Below are positions 8,901 to 19,546 of a stretch of 64,000 bases of DNA, in pieces (position 1 is the first letter of the stretch; each line of letters starts with the position of its first letter). Source of the stretch: Actinomycetota bacterium (GTDB lineage Bacteria > Actinomycetota > Actinomycetes > Mycobacteriales > JACQDL01). The stretch is taken from the NCBI GenBank assembly GCA_016201065.1, contig JACQDL010000006.1, forward strand, positions 10,296 to 74,295, given 5' to 3'. The notes under the pieces are model-generated. The model was given only the letters and a program-made list of their open reading frames with translations, searched no databases and had not been told where the DNA came from. Made by a program: the position numbers and the translations under genes.

Positions 8901-11900
8901 CTAGACCGGCCGGACGGTGGTGGTGGTGACCAGGCTGAGGGCGACGGTCACCGCCTCGCTGCCCACCGACCGGTACCCGACCGGGTCCGGCGCGTCACCG
9001 ATGCGCGCGCCGGCGGCCACCAACGCCTGCCGGAGCTGCCGCCCCACCGCGGTCCAGTTCACGTCCTCCCAGCGGCCGGTACCCGCCGGCCGGCCTGGCA
9101 GCTGGACGATGAAGCGGCCGGCCATCGCCCCTCCCTCGACGACCTGCACCTGGGCGAAACGAAGCACGAGCTGGCTGTCCCGGGACATCGGCGGTGGGAG
9201 GCGATGCGGCAGCCGCTCAAGCTGGTGCCAGAGCTCGGCCAGGAACCGTTGCAGCAGACCCGTCCGGTCGGGAGCCGTCAGGTAGGCGCGCAGCAGCTCG
9301 GTGTGCCCGCCGTCGTCGGTACCGTGCCGGAGCTGCGGCAGGTCGACGATCTGGATCACGTCGGTGCCCAGCCGGGCCCGGAGCTGGGCCCGGAACGTGT
9401 CGGGTGGCGGAAGGGCCTCCGACTCGCCGCCGTAACAGACGATGAAGAGCACCGCCAGGCCGTTGAACACGCCGCCGACCGCACCCGCGAGCCGCAACGA
9501 CGGGCGCTCCGCCGACAGCGCCTCCACCAGCCGCGCGAGCACTCCCGGCCTGGCCGCGGCGCACACCGGCAGGACCAGACGCTGTGGTGGGGTGCCCGCC
9601 GCGCCGGGCCCGGACACCGGCAGGGCGGGCAGCTCGCGATCCTGAAGCGGGCGCCGCACCAGCGACCCGGCGGCGTCGAGGCGGAGCGTGCCGGCGTCCG
9701 CGAGCGGGATGTCGAAGTGGTTCTGCGCGTCCTCGGTGGTCCCCACGGTCGGCACCTCGAACACGTCGACGAGGCAACCCTCGGCGCGGAGCCGACCCAC
9801 CGCCGCGAGAAACGCGCGCAGCCGGCGCAGGGTGCGTTCCGGCCGGTAGTCGACGCCGACCCTGGCCCGCAGCCAGGCCCGCGGCGCCGCCGCATGGTGG
9901 TCCGACGGTGGCAGCGCCGGAAACTGCGTGGTCAGGTTGACGAACCGGCAGCGCGTGGCAGCCCGAGTGATCACCCGCAACGGGTGCTCGCCCACGGAGG
10001 TGAGATGCCCGGCCGGAATGCCGACGAAGACGTCGAGCACCCACTCCGGCGGTTCGGTGAGCGGGATGCTGACCGGGACCGGCACCGGCCGCACCTGCCG
10101 GCCCCGGTCCCACCTCGGGTCCGGCCGCGGCCGGTGCCAACCGTCGGCGGGCTCGTGCCGGAAGAGCAGGAAGGTCAGCGCCTCACCGGCCAGGCCGGCC
10201 CGCATCAGGCCGATCAGGTCGCCATCGGTGCTGGTCGCCCGCCGACCGTCATCCGGTGACCGGCTACCACCGGTCGGCTCCCGTCGCTGGAAGTCCTGGA
10301 GCAGGCGATCCAGCGCGCCCGGCCGGTCCCGCTCCCAGCACAGGTACGGATGGACGCTACGGCCCAGGTTCAGCGCGTCGGCGGTCAGCCGCCGGCACCA
10401 GGTGTCCCGCAGCACGTCGAAGCGGAAGTGCTGCGGACCGGCGGCCGTCGTGAACCGCATCGTCGGCTCGCCCCGGCCGCGCCGATGCCGCGGCGACCTC
10501 CGCAACGGGAGGTGGATGCCGGCCTGCACGACTGTGAGGCCCGCCGCCACGCCCACCGGCCACAGTCCGTCGGGTTTGAAGGCGACGAACGCCGCGAGCA
10601 GGAGACTGGGGATCACCGTCAGCATGCCCCACCGATGGTGGCGCATGCTGAGCAGGCCGAGCAGCCGGGTGGTGTCCGGCCGGGGTACCCGGGTGGCCTG
10701 GATCGTCGGGAAGATCGCGAGCAGGGTGGCCAGGACGTCGGGTCGGGCACCCAGCTCGTCGGGTGGGGTGGCCTGGCCGAACCAGAGCAGGGTGGTAAGC
10801 GCGCCGAGCAGGACCAGGTTGATCAGGTTCACGGTCCGTGCGGTGGCGACCGTCTCGGGATTGTCCAGCACGAGGTCGAGCTCGATCTCGGCCGTGACCG
10901 GCTCCGCCCGCAGCGACGGCTCCTCGACCGCCGGTATCCGCACCTCCACGGTTCCCGGTGTGCCGGTGTCGACGACGTGCCGACGGCGCAGGAAGTCCGG
11001 CACCTGCGGGTCCAGGTCGAGCGATGGCCGGCTGGCGGGTGGCTCGTCCACGCCGCGCCGGCTGAAGTCCGTGAGGATGTGGCCGCAGGCGTCGATCTCC
11101 GCTGCCAGGTCCGATGAGCCCGACTGGTAGCAGTGCCGCAGGCATTCCGCCGTCAGGTCGGCCCGGCGAGCCGCGAGGTGGGCGAGCACCACCGCGGCCC
11201 ACGGGTCGTGCTGGCGATCCGCCGTGGTCGCCGCCCGGCACAGCTCGCGGAACTGGTGGAACTGCCGGGGCGTGGCAACCTCGAAACGGCCCCGGGCGCC
11301 GAGATCGGCATCGGATCTGCGGGGAATGACCCCCTCGGGCAGGGTGATCCGGATGATCCGGTCCGTGTGGGTGGTCGCCACCATGGCCGCGACGGTGAGC
11401 CGCGCGAGCTGCTCCGGTCGTCCGAAACGCGCTCGCCGCCGCGCCGGGTCGACCGGTTGCCCGGTCAGCCGCCGGGACGGCATCCGGATGGTGAAGCTGG
11501 CCCGGGGTCGCGCCCACGGCACCGGCACGACGACGAGGAGGAGGTCGCACAGCGCCCGCAGCACCTCGACGATCCGCGACTCCAGCACCGAGGACGGTGG
11601 CAGACCCTGGTCGTCGACGGGAGATGCGCCGGCCGGACCGCCCACCATCAGCGACTGCTGCCGCTCCAGGGCCTGGATCAGGCGGGCGCGCGCGCTGGCC
11701 GCGGGCGGTCCCGTCGAGGGGTGCTGGGCCGGTGGGTCGGAGGGGCGGAGGAGCCGGTTGACCGCGGCCGCGAGGAGCGCATGCTGGTTGTGCTCGGTGG
11801 AGCCGAGACCGTACGGGGCGTGCAGGAGCAGGTCGAGCAGGATCTCGGCCACCGCGGCCGACAGGCCGCGCCGGATGTCGGTCACCGGCACCTCGGCGAC

Positions 11901-12386
11901 GTGACGGTCCGCGTGGTCGTGGATGTCGACGCCGAGCAGCTGCGGCGGTCTCGGGTCAGGGTGGGCTGCCCACGCCGCCGGATCGTGCTGGGCCAGCCTC
12001 GCCAGCGGCAGCACCAGCAGCGGGACCAGCACCTCGTCGTGGGTGGATCGGAACGCGTCGTGGGCGACCCGGGTCAGGTCGATGTCGACGAGCACCCTGG
12101 TCTCCACCGAATCTGCCTGATCGACATCCACGTGCTCGACCGTCCGGACCGTCCACTCGGTGTGGGAGATCAGGAAGAGCAGCTCCCGGCCCCGACGGGA
12201 GTCGGATTCCAGGCTGCGGGCGGCCTGCCGGATCTCCTCCAGGGTGACCCGGCGAACCGCCGCGATCAGGCCCGCGGCGAGCTTCTGGAACGGCGCCTCC
12301 GGAGCGAGATAGTCACGCAGGCAGGGCAGCATCACCGCCCGCCCGGCACCACCGCTGTCGGCGGCGTCTGATCCAATGTCTCCCAT
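8901..12386 (-). CDS. Large hypothetical membrane protein with C-terminal ACT-like domains
   Basis: 1161-aa ORF; ~4 central TM helices; C-terminal AAARPGVLARLVEAL and TAPDRTGLLQRFLAEL resemble ACT beta1-alpha1 motifs. Confidence 0.7.
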   Translation of the reverse strand: MGDIGSDAADSGGAGRAVMLPCLRDYLAPEAPFQKLAAGLIAAVRRVTLEEIRQAARSLESDSRRGRELLFLISHTEWTVRTVEHVDVDQADSVETRVLVDIDLTRVAHDAFRSTHDEVLVPLLVLPLARLAQHDPAAWAAHPDPRPPQLLGVDIHDHADRHVAEVPVTDIRRGLSAAVAEILLDLLLHAPYGLGSTEHNQHALLAAAVNRLLRPSDPPAQHPSTGPPAASARARLIQALERQQSLMVGGPAGASPVDDQGLPPSSVLESRIVEVLRALCDLLLVVVPVPWARPRASFTIRMPSRRLTGQPVDPARRRARFGRPEQLARLTVAAMVATTHTDRIIRITLPEGVIPRRSDADLGARGRFEVATPRQFHQFRELCRAATTADRQHDPWAAVVLAHLAARRADLTAECLRHCYQSGSSDLAAEIDACGHILTDFSRRGVDEPPASRPSLDLDPQVPDFLRRRHVVDTGTPGTVEVRIPAVEEPSLRAEPVTAEIELDLVLDNPETVATARTVNLINLVLLGALTTLLWFGQATPPDELGARPDVLATLLAIFPTIQATRVPRPDTTRLLGLLSMRHHRWGMLTVIPSLLLAAFVAFKPDGLWPVGVAAGLTVVQAGIHLPLRRSPRHRRGRGEPTMRFTTAAGPQHFRFDVLRDTWCRRLTADALNLGRSVHPYLCWERDRPGALDRLLQDFQRREPTGGSRSPDDGRRATSTDGDLIGLMRAGLAGEALTFLLFRHEPADGWHRPRPDPRWDRGRQVRPVPVPVSIPLTEPPEWVLDVFVGIPAGHLTSVGEHPLRVITRAATRCRFVNLTTQFPALPPSDHHAAAPRAWLRARVGVDYRPERTLRRLRAFLAAVGRLRAEGCLVDVFEVPTVGTTEDAQNHFDIPLADAGTLRLDAAGSLVRRPLQDRELPALPVSGPGAAGTPPQRLVLPVCAAARPGVLARLVEALSAERPSLRLAGAVGGVFNGLAVLFIVCYGGESEALPPPDTFRAQLRARLGTDVIQIVDLPQLRHGTDDGGHTELLRAYLTAPDRTGLLQRFLAELWHQLERLPHRLPPPMSRDSQLVLRFAQVQVVEGGAMAGRFIVQLPGRPAGTGRWEDVNWTAVGRQLRQALVAAGARIGDAPDPVGYRSVGSEAVTVALSLVTTTTVRPV

Positions 12387-12617
12387 GGCGGCACGACCCC
12401 CAACCCTGGTCTGTCACTGATCGTAATTAGCCGCACACATTGAGGAGGAGTTTTCTGGTTGTCTCCGGCGGCCGAGATCCGTCCCCAAAAGCCGGGGATG
12501 ACCCGAACGGGCGCCACGATGACCGAACCCACGCGGCCTGCCATAGCATCGGAGCTGGGCTCGCGCCGGCTGGCACCCTGGCCGGCGGCACTCGTGCCGG
12601 ACTGGAGGATGGAGACC

Positions 12618-13538
12618 GTGCCTGGTCCCGACGATCTGTACGAGGTCAGCGCGGACCTGCCGGAGCTGCACCGCCCGGTGCTGCTGTGCAGCCTGGACGG
12701 CTTCGTGGACGCCGGAGCGGTGGCCGGCCTGGTCCGCGAGCAGGTGCTGGCCGACCTGGACAGCAAGCCGGTGGTCACCTTCGACGTGGACCGGCTCGTC
12801 GACTACCGGGCGCGCCGGCCGCTGATGAGCTACTCCGAGGACCACTGGGAGAGCTACGACGCCCCCCTGCTGGCCATGCACGCCGTGCGGGACTCCGTCG
12901 GCGCACCGTTCCTCCTGCTGACCGGGCCGGAGCCGGACTACGCCTGGGACCGGTTCACCGCGGCCGTCGGCGACCTCGTCCAGCGGTTCGACGTCCGGTT
13001 GACGGTGAATGCGCACGGCATCCCGATGGCGGTGCCGCACACCCGGCCGATCGGGTTGACCGCCCACGCCACCCGGCCGGAGCTGGTCACCGGTTACCCC
13101 CGCTGGCTCAACCAGGTGCAGGTACCGGGGAGTGCGGCGGCCCTGCTGGAGCTGCGGCTGGGTGCGGCCGGCCACGACGCGATGGGGTTCGCCGTGCACG
13201 TGCCGCACTACCTGGCGCGCGCGGCGTACCCGGCCGCCGCGCTCGCCGCCGTGGAGGCGATCTCCACGGCGACCGGCCTGGTGCTGCCGACCGGGTCCCT
13301 CCGCACGGCCGGGGACCAGGCCGACGCGCAGATCACGGAGCAGATCGAGGACTCGCCGGAGGTCGCCGCCGTCGTGCGCACCCTGGAGGAGCAGTACGAC
13401 GCCTACCTCGCCGCCCGCGAGCACGACGACCTGCTCGCCGAGCAGCTGGCCGGGCTGCCCACCGCCGATCAGCTCGGCGCGGAGTTCGAGCGGTTCCTCG
13501 CCGAGCGCCAGGGGCGCCGCGACTCCCCGGACCTGTAA
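12618..13538 (+). CDS. PAC2-family proteasome assembly chaperone-like protein
   Basis: LDGFVDAG, DYRARRP, GPEPD, GIPMAVPHTRP, HVPHYLA, FERFLA. Confidence 0.9.
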   Translation: MPGPDDLYEVSADLPELHRPVLLCSLDGFVDAGAVAGLVREQVLADLDSKPVVTFDVDRLVDYRARRPLMSYSEDHWESYDAPLLAMHAVRDSVGAPFLLLTGPEPDYAWDRFTAAVGDLVQRFDVRLTVNAHGIPMAVPHTRPIGLTAHATRPELVTGYPRWLNQVQVPGSAAALLELRLGAAGHDAMGFAVHVPHYLARAAYPAAALAAVEAISTATGLVLPTGSLRTAGDQADAQITEQIEDSPEVAAVVRTLEEQYDAYLAAREHDDLLAEQLAGLPTADQLGAEFERFLAERQGRRDSPDL

Positions 13539-13552
13539 GCACGGCCGGTGGC

Positions 13553-14311
13553 TCAGCCGTAGCTGCGCGCGGCGAGGACCGCCGCCACCACCAGCCCGCC
13601 GCCACCCGCCAGCCACCGCAGCGCCCCGCCGGGCAGACGGCGGACCAGGGCCGGCCCGACCAGCCCGCCGAGCAGGAACCCGGCGGCCAGCGGTGCCACG
13701 GCGCCCCACCGGACCGGGCCGAACACCATGAAACCCACGGCCGCGACCGCGTTGGCGACCCCCGCCACGGCGTTCTTCATCGCGTTGATCCGCGCCAGCG
13801 GCTCGTCCAGCATCGCGATCAGGATCGCCAGCGTCAGCACCCCACCGGCCGCGCCGAAGTACCCGGTGTAGACCGCCAGCACCAGCAACCCGACCCGCAG
13901 CCCGCGGCTGTCTTCCCGGCCCCCCGGACCGGCGACCCCGAACCGCCCCAGCCGGGGCTGCACCAGCAGCACCAGCGAGGCCACCGCGACCAGCCCCGGC
14001 ACGACCAGCTCGAACCCGCGGGCCGGCGTGAGCAGCAGCAGCGCCGCCCCGCACGCACCGCCGAGCCCGGTCAACAACCCCAACCGCCGCACCCGGACCC
14101 GCTGACCGACCAGCTCCGGCCGGGAACCCGCCGCCGACCCGAGGCCGGCGAACACCAGGCCGACCGTGTTCGTCACGTTGGCGGTGACCGGTGGCAGGCC
14201 GACCGCGAGCAGCGCGGGGTAGGAGACGAGGGAGGCGAAGTTGACCACCGTGCCCACCGCCCCGGCCAGGGCGCCGGCTCCTAGCAGGAACGCGAGGTCG
14301 GTCGCGGTCAC
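13553..14311 (-). CDS. TauE/SafE sulfite exporter family membrane protein
   Basis: Highly hydrophobic; SYPALLAVGLPPVTANVTN, YTGYFGAAGG, NAMKN. Confidence 0.88.
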   Translation of the reverse strand: MTATDLAFLLGAGALAGAVGTVVNFASLVSYPALLAVGLPPVTANVTNTVGLVFAGLGSAAGSRPELVGQRVRVRRLGLLTGLGGACGAALLLLTPARGFELVVPGLVAVASLVLLVQPRLGRFGVAGPGGREDSRGLRVGLLVLAVYTGYFGAAGGVLTLAILIAMLDEPLARINAMKNAVAGVANAVAAVGFMVFGPVRWGAVAPLAAGFLLGGLVGPALVRRLPGGALRWLAGGGGLVVAAVLAARSYG

Positions 14312-14437
14312 CGGGAAACCCGCGGGCGGTAACCCGGCATCAACACCGCGTCCGGCGCGTTGGGGGTCATGGCTGGGTCACCGGACGGATCGTACGCTGA
14401 CCCGAGGAGGCCGCCGGAGCTACCGGAAGGGTTGGTC

Positions 14438-15454
14438 GTGGGCATCCGATTCGGCTACAAGGCGTCCGCTGAGCAGTTCGGTCCGCGCGAGCTGGTGCGG
14501 CTGGCCGTGCGGGCCGAGGAGCGTGGGCTGGACAGCGTGCTGATCAGCGATCACTTCCAGCCGTGGCGGCACCACGGCGGGCACGCCCCCGCCGCCCTCG
14601 CCTGGCTGGGCGCGGCCGGCGCGCACACCTCCCGGGTGCTGCTGGGCACCAGCGTGCTGACCCCGACGTTCCGCTACCACCCTGCCGTCGTGGCGCAGGC
14701 GTTCGGCACCCTCGCCTGCCTGTATCCGGACCGTCTCCTGCTCGGGGTGGGGAGCGGCGAGGCGATGAACGAGGTCGGGGTCACCGGCGTCGAATGGCCG
14801 GGCTTCGCCGAGCGGTTCGCCCGGCTGCGCGAGGCGGTGGAGCTGATCCGGGCGCTGTGGCGGGAGGAGCGGGTCAGCTTCGACGGGACGTACTACCGGA
14901 CGTCCGGGGCGACCGTCTACGACCGGCCGGACCGGCCGGTGCCGATCTACGTCGCGGCCGGTGGCCCGGTGATGGCGAAGTACGCCGGCCGGGTCGCGGA
15001 CGGGTTCATCTGCACCAGTGGCAAGGGGATGGAGCTCTACCGGGACACCCTGCTGCCGGCGGTGGCCGAGGGGATGGCCGCCGCCGGCCGGGACCGCGCC
15101 GGCATCGACCGCATGATCGAGATCAAGCTCTCCTACGACACCGACCCGGACCGGGCGCTGGCCAACACCCGGTTCTGGGCGCCGCTGTCGCTCACCGCCG
15201 AGCAGAAGGCCGACCTGCACGACCCGGCCGAGCTGGAGCGGGCCGCCGACGCGCTGCCGATCGAGCAGGTTGCCCGCCGGTGGATCGTGTCGGCCGACCC
15301 CGACGACGCGGTCGCCCGCATCCGCGGCTACCTGGACGCGGGCTTCACCCACCTGGTCTTCCACGGCCCGGGCCAGGACCAGGACCGCTTCCTGGCGCAG
15401 CTCGCCGACCACCTGCTGCCCCGGCTGCGGGCGAGCACGGCGACCGCACCGTGA
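14438..15454 (+). CDS. fgd: F420-dependent glucose-6-phosphate dehydrogenase
   Basis: [50 protein letters not shown]. Confidence 0.92.
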   Translation: MGIRFGYKASAEQFGPRELVRLAVRAEERGLDSVLISDHFQPWRHHGGHAPAALAWLGAAGAHTSRVLLGTSVLTPTFRYHPAVVAQAFGTLACLYPDRLLLGVGSGEAMNEVGVTGVEWPGFAERFARLREAVELIRALWREERVSFDGTYYRTSGATVYDRPDRPVPIYVAAGGPVMAKYAGRVADGFICTSGKGMELYRDTLLPAVAEGMAAAGRDRAGIDRMIEIKLSYDTDPDRALANTRFWAPLSLTAEQKADLHDPAELERAADALPIEQVARRWIVSADPDDAVARIRGYLDAGFTHLVFHGPGQDQDRFLAQLADHLLPRLRASTATAP

Positions 15455-17895
15455 CGGCCGGCGCGCCCGACCCGACCGGGCTGCTCGGGCTTCCGCTGCC
15501 GGAGCTCGCCCGGCGGGCCCGCGAGATCCGGGACAGCCGGCACGGCACCCGGGTCAGCTACTCCCCGAAGGTCTTCATCCCGCTGACGAAGCTGTGCCGG
15601 GACCGGTGCGGGTACTGCACCTTCGCCCGCCCACCCCGGCAGGTGGCGGCGGCGTTCCTGGAGCCGGCGGAGGTCCTGACGATCGCGCGGCACGGCGCGG
15701 CGGCGGGTTGCCACGAAGCGCTGTTCACCCTCGGCGAGCGACCGGAGCTGCGCTACCCGGTGGCCCGGTCCTGGCTGACCGAGCATGGCTACGCCTCCAC
15801 CGTCGACTACCTGGTGGCGATGTGCCAGCTGGTGCTGGCGGAGACCGGGCTGCTGCCGCACGCGAACGCCGGCGCGCTGCACGCCGACGAGCTGGCCGCG
15901 CTGCGCCCGGTCACCGCGAGCCAGGGGATGATGCTGGAGTCGGTCAACCCGACCCTGGCGGCGCACCGTGGCGCCCCCGACAAGGCGCCGGACCGGCGGC
16001 TGGCGACGCTGGAGCACGCCGGCCGGCTCGGCATCCCGTTCACCACCGGCCTGCTGGTCGGGATCGGCGAGACGTGGGCCGACCGGGTGGCCACCCTCAC
16101 CACGATCGCGGCGGCACACCGCCGGCACGGTCACGTGCAGGAGGTGATCGTGCAGAACTTCCTCCCCAAGCCCGGCACCGCGATGCGGGACACACCGGCC
16201 TGCCCGCCGCGGGAGCACCAGCGCGCGGTCGCGCTGGCCCGGTTGCTGCTGCCAGCCGAGATCCACCTGCAGGCCCCACCGAACCTGTCCGACGACTTCG
16301 GCACGCTGCTGGACGCCGGCATCGACGACTGGGGTGGGGTGTCCCCGGTGACCGCCGACCACGTCAACCCGGAACGCCCGTGGCCGGCGGTGGACCGGCT
16401 GCGCTCGGTGACCGAGCAGCACGGCAAGGTGCTCGCGGCACGGCTGACCCTCTACCCGGAGTTCGCCCGGAACCCGGACCGGTGGCTGGCGGAGGAGCTG
16501 CGCTTCCCGGTGATGGACCGTTCCGACGCCGAGGGGATGGCCCGCGACGATCCCGGTGCGCTGTTCCCGGAGCGGTACCGGGCCGCGCGCAACGTCGGCG
16601 ACGGTGCGGAGGTGCACATCGTCGGGCGCCGGTCCACCGCGTGGTACTCCGGCGCCGGCACGGCACCACCGCCGTTGCTGCCCGGCGACCCGACCCGCGG
16701 TGCCAGTGGCGGCGCGGTCGCCGACGTGCTGGCCGGCGTCCGCCTGGGGCAGGAGCTCGGCATCGAGGAAGTCGAGCTGCTCCTCGGTGCGCGCGGCGTC
16801 GAGGTGGCCGCCGTCGCCGGGCTCGCCGACGAGCTGCGGGCCGCCACGGTCGGCGATGCGGTCACCTACGTGCGCAACCGCAACATCAACTACACCAACG
16901 TGTGCACCTTCCGCTGCGGCTTCTGCGGCTTCTCCAAGGGTCCGCTGTCGCTGAACCTGCGCGGCACGCCGTACCTGCTCGAGACCGAGGAGATCATCGA
17001 GCGGGCCCGGGAGGCGCAGCGGTTGGGTGCCACCGAGGTGTGCCTGCAGGGGGGCATCCACCCCAGCTTCGACGGCGAGTACTACCTGGCGGTGTGCCGG
17101 GCCGTGGCCCAGGCCGTGCCCGGGGTCCACCTGCACGGCTTCACCGCGCTGGAGGTCACCGAGGGTGCCCGCCGGCTGGGCGAGCCGCTCGCGGACTACC
17201 TGGGGCGGCTGAAGGAGGCCGGGCTGCGCTCGCTGCCCGGCACCGCCGCCGAGATCCTCGACGACGAGGTGCGGGCCGTACTCTGCCCAGACAAGATCAA
17301 CACGGAGGAATGGCTGGAGTGCCACCGGGTCGCCCACTCGGTGGGGCTGCGCTCCAACGTGACGATGATGTTCGGCGCGGTGGAGCGGCCCGTGCACTGG
17401 GCCCGGCACCTGCTGCGCACCCGCGACCTGCAGCGCGAGACCGGGGGCTTCACCGAGTTCGTCGGCCTGCCGTTCGTGCACATGGCCGCCCCGATCTACC
17501 TCAAGCGGCGGGCCCGGCGCGGGCCGACCTGGCGGGAGGTGATCCTGGTGCACGCCGTCGCCCGGATCGTCTACCACGGGCTGATCGACCACATCCAGGG
17601 CTCCTGGGTGAAGCTCGGCACCGACGGGATGCGGCAGCTGCTCGCCGCCGGGGTCGACGACCTCGGCGGCACCCTGATGGACGAGAACATCAGCCGGGCC
17701 GCCGGGGCGAGCCACGGCCAGCAGGTCGGCGAACCCGAGCTCGCCGCGCTCGCCGCCGGCGCCGGCCGGGTGCTGCTGCGCCGCAGCACGCTCTACGACA
17801 TCCTCGACGCGGACCCGACCGGCACCCTCGCCCACGCCGGCGCCCCCGCCCCCGCCCACGCCCCCGCCCACGCCGGGGGTCGTCAGGGACCGTAG
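15451..17895 (+). CDS. fbiC: Bifunctional FO synthase (CofG-CofH fusion)
   Basis: [21 protein letters not shown] and [17 protein letters not shown] (two radical SAM motifs), [25 protein letters not shown]; GTGA overlap with fgd. Confidence 0.93.
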   Translation: MTAGAPDPTGLLGLPLPELARRAREIRDSRHGTRVSYSPKVFIPLTKLCRDRCGYCTFARPPRQVAAAFLEPAEVLTIARHGAAAGCHEALFTLGERPELRYPVARSWLTEHGYASTVDYLVAMCQLVLAETGLLPHANAGALHADELAALRPVTASQGMMLESVNPTLAAHRGAPDKAPDRRLATLEHAGRLGIPFTTGLLVGIGETWADRVATLTTIAAAHRRHGHVQEVIVQNFLPKPGTAMRDTPACPPREHQRAVALARLLLPAEIHLQAPPNLSDDFGTLLDAGIDDWGGVSPVTADHVNPERPWPAVDRLRSVTEQHGKVLAARLTLYPEFARNPDRWLAEELRFPVMDRSDAEGMARDDPGALFPERYRAARNVGDGAEVHIVGRRSTAWYSGAGTAPPPLLPGDPTRGASGGAVADVLAGVRLGQELGIEEVELLLGARGVEVAAVAGLADELRAATVGDAVTYVRNRNINYTNVCTFRCGFCGFSKGPLSLNLRGTPYLLETEEIIERAREAQRLGATEVCLQGGIHPSFDGEYYLAVCRAVAQAVPGVHLHGFTALEVTEGARRLGEPLADYLGRLKEAGLRSLPGTAAEILDDEVRAVLCPDKINTEEWLECHRVAHSVGLRSNVTMMFGAVERPVHWARHLLRTRDLQRETGGFTEFVGLPFVHMAAPIYLKRRARRGPTWREVILVHAVARIVYHGLIDHIQGSWVKLGTDGMRQLLAAGVDDLGGTLMDENISRAAGASHGQQVGEPELAALAAGAGRVLLRRSTLYDILDADPTGTLAHAGAPAPAHAPAHAGGRQGP

Positions 17896-18800
17896 CTCGC
17901 CACCGACGCCTCGACGTCGTAGTCAAAGCCCCCGGTGCGCACCCGCACCCGCACCGGGTGGAGCAGGTGGCTGGCGAGCACGAGCGCGCGGTCACGAGCT
18001 GCCCGGCCGAGGAGCCCGACCCGGGTGGCCGCCGCCTCGGCGGGTGCGACGCACATGGCGGTGGAGATCTCGGGGCGCTCGATCTGGAGCGGATGGTGCA
18101 CCAGGTCACCGACGAGCAGGGCGGTCCGGCCGCCGTCGGTGACCTCGACGATCCGGTGCCCGGGGGTGTGCCCGGGCGCGAGCCGGTAGGTGATCCCCTC
18201 GTCGATCTGGTGATCGCCGTCGACGAGGTCGAGCTGCCCCGCTTCGGCGATGGGGGTGACCGAGTCGGTGAGGTAGTCACCGACCCGGTCGAGCATCGCC
18301 CGCGCGGCCGGGCTGGTGAGGTACCCGTGCTCGGTGCGACCGAGCAGGTAGCGGGCGTTCGGGAAGGTCGGACGCAGTCGTCCGTCCGGGGTGAGCGTGG
18401 TGTTCCACCCGACGTGATCGTGGTGCAGGTGCGTGGTGACCACGGTGTCCACCTCCGCGACGGTCACCCCGGCCTGCTCCAGCTGGTCCAGCCACCGCGA
18501 GACGAAGCCCGGCATCGGTGGCTGGCGATCGGGCTTGGGGCCACCGACGCAGGTGTCGACGATGATCGTGCGGCCGGGTCGGCGGATGAGGTACCCCTGC
18601 GACGCGACGTTCAGGCGGGTCCGGGAGGGGTCGGCGTAGCTCTCGCCGTGCCGGTCGAGCAGGCGGGTCAGCTCGCTGGCGTCCAGCATGGGGAAGACGG
18701 TCGCGGCGTCGAGAAACGGGCCGAACGCATCGCGCAGCGGGGTGATCTGCCAGCGTCCCATGGTCAGCGGCTGGCTGGTGCGATCGGCGGCGGTCATCAC
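17883..18800 (-). CDS. MBL-fold metallo-hydrolase
   Basis: THLHHDHVGWN, PTFPNARY, APGHTPGH, GDLVHHPLQ. Confidence 0.9.
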   Translation of the reverse strand: MMTAADRTSQPLTMGRWQITPLRDAFGPFLDAATVFPMLDASELTRLLDRHGESYADPSRTRLNVASQGYLIRRPGRTIIVDTCVGGPKPDRQPPMPGFVSRWLDQLEQAGVTVAEVDTVVTTHLHHDHVGWNTTLTPDGRLRPTFPNARYLLGRTEHGYLTSPAARAMLDRVGDYLTDSVTPIAEAGQLDLVDGDHQIDEGITYRLAPGHTPGHRIVEVTDGGRTALLVGDLVHHPLQIERPEISTAMCVAPAEAAATRVGLLGRAARDRALVLASHLLHPVRVRVRTGGFDYDVEASVASYGP

Positions 18801-19093
18801 GGGCCTCCTGGGTGACGGTGCGACGGCGGGTGCGGAGTCTTACGGAACGGCGACGCCACTACCGCACAACCTGTTCGGTTACAGGGGTAGCGGTGCCGGC
18901 GCGGCACCGTCAAGTGGCCGGAGCTCCCCACCCGTACGACACCGAACACCCGGGCCGGATCTGTCCGGAAACGCGGCGTGCGACCGGGAGATGGCTCCGC
19001 TCCCAGGATTCTCGAAGGATCCCGGTGCATCATCGGTCCAGACGGGCAGCCGGCGGGTCCGCGGCACGCCACCGGACCGGAAGGGAGCACCAG

Positions 19094-19417
19094 ATGGACC
19101 GTTCGCTACGGCACCGGGTGACGATGCGGGACGCCGGCCGGCAGCGGGTCCGCTCCGTCACCGCGCTCACCGCGATGGCCGGAACGGCGTTGACCGCGCT
19201 GTTCGGCGTGGCGTTCGCACAGACGCCGTCCGCCGCGACCACGACGACCTCCGACCAGCTCTCCGGCGGTGCGGCAGCCGGAGGTGCGGCAGCCGGTAGT
19301 GGCCAGACCGGCACCGGCGGGCGCGTGCTGCCGCCGGTTCAGGCGCCCAACAGTGGTGGTGGTCTCGGCGGCGGCACCGTGCCGACGATTCCCCCGGTGG
19401 TGTCCGGGGGATCGTGA
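19094..19417 (+). CDS. Small membrane-anchored Gly/Ser/Thr-rich protein ending in SGGS
   Basis: RBS AAGGGAG before ATG; one TM helix; low-complexity tail PPVVSGGS. Confidence 0.6.
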   Translation: MDRSLRHRVTMRDAGRQRVRSVTALTAMAGTALTALFGVAFAQTPSAATTTTSDQLSGGAAAGGAAAGSGQTGTGGRVLPPVQAPNSGGGLGGGTVPTIPPVVSGGS

Positions 19418-19546
19418 CGGCGGCGTGTCGCGCTGACGCCACGCCGAAATGTCCGTAGCATCTTCCACGCCAAGGACCTTCGCCGCTGCCCCGGCATCGA
19501 CGCCGGGGTGCACCAAGGCGAGGGCACACGAGGGGGCGATGCCGGG

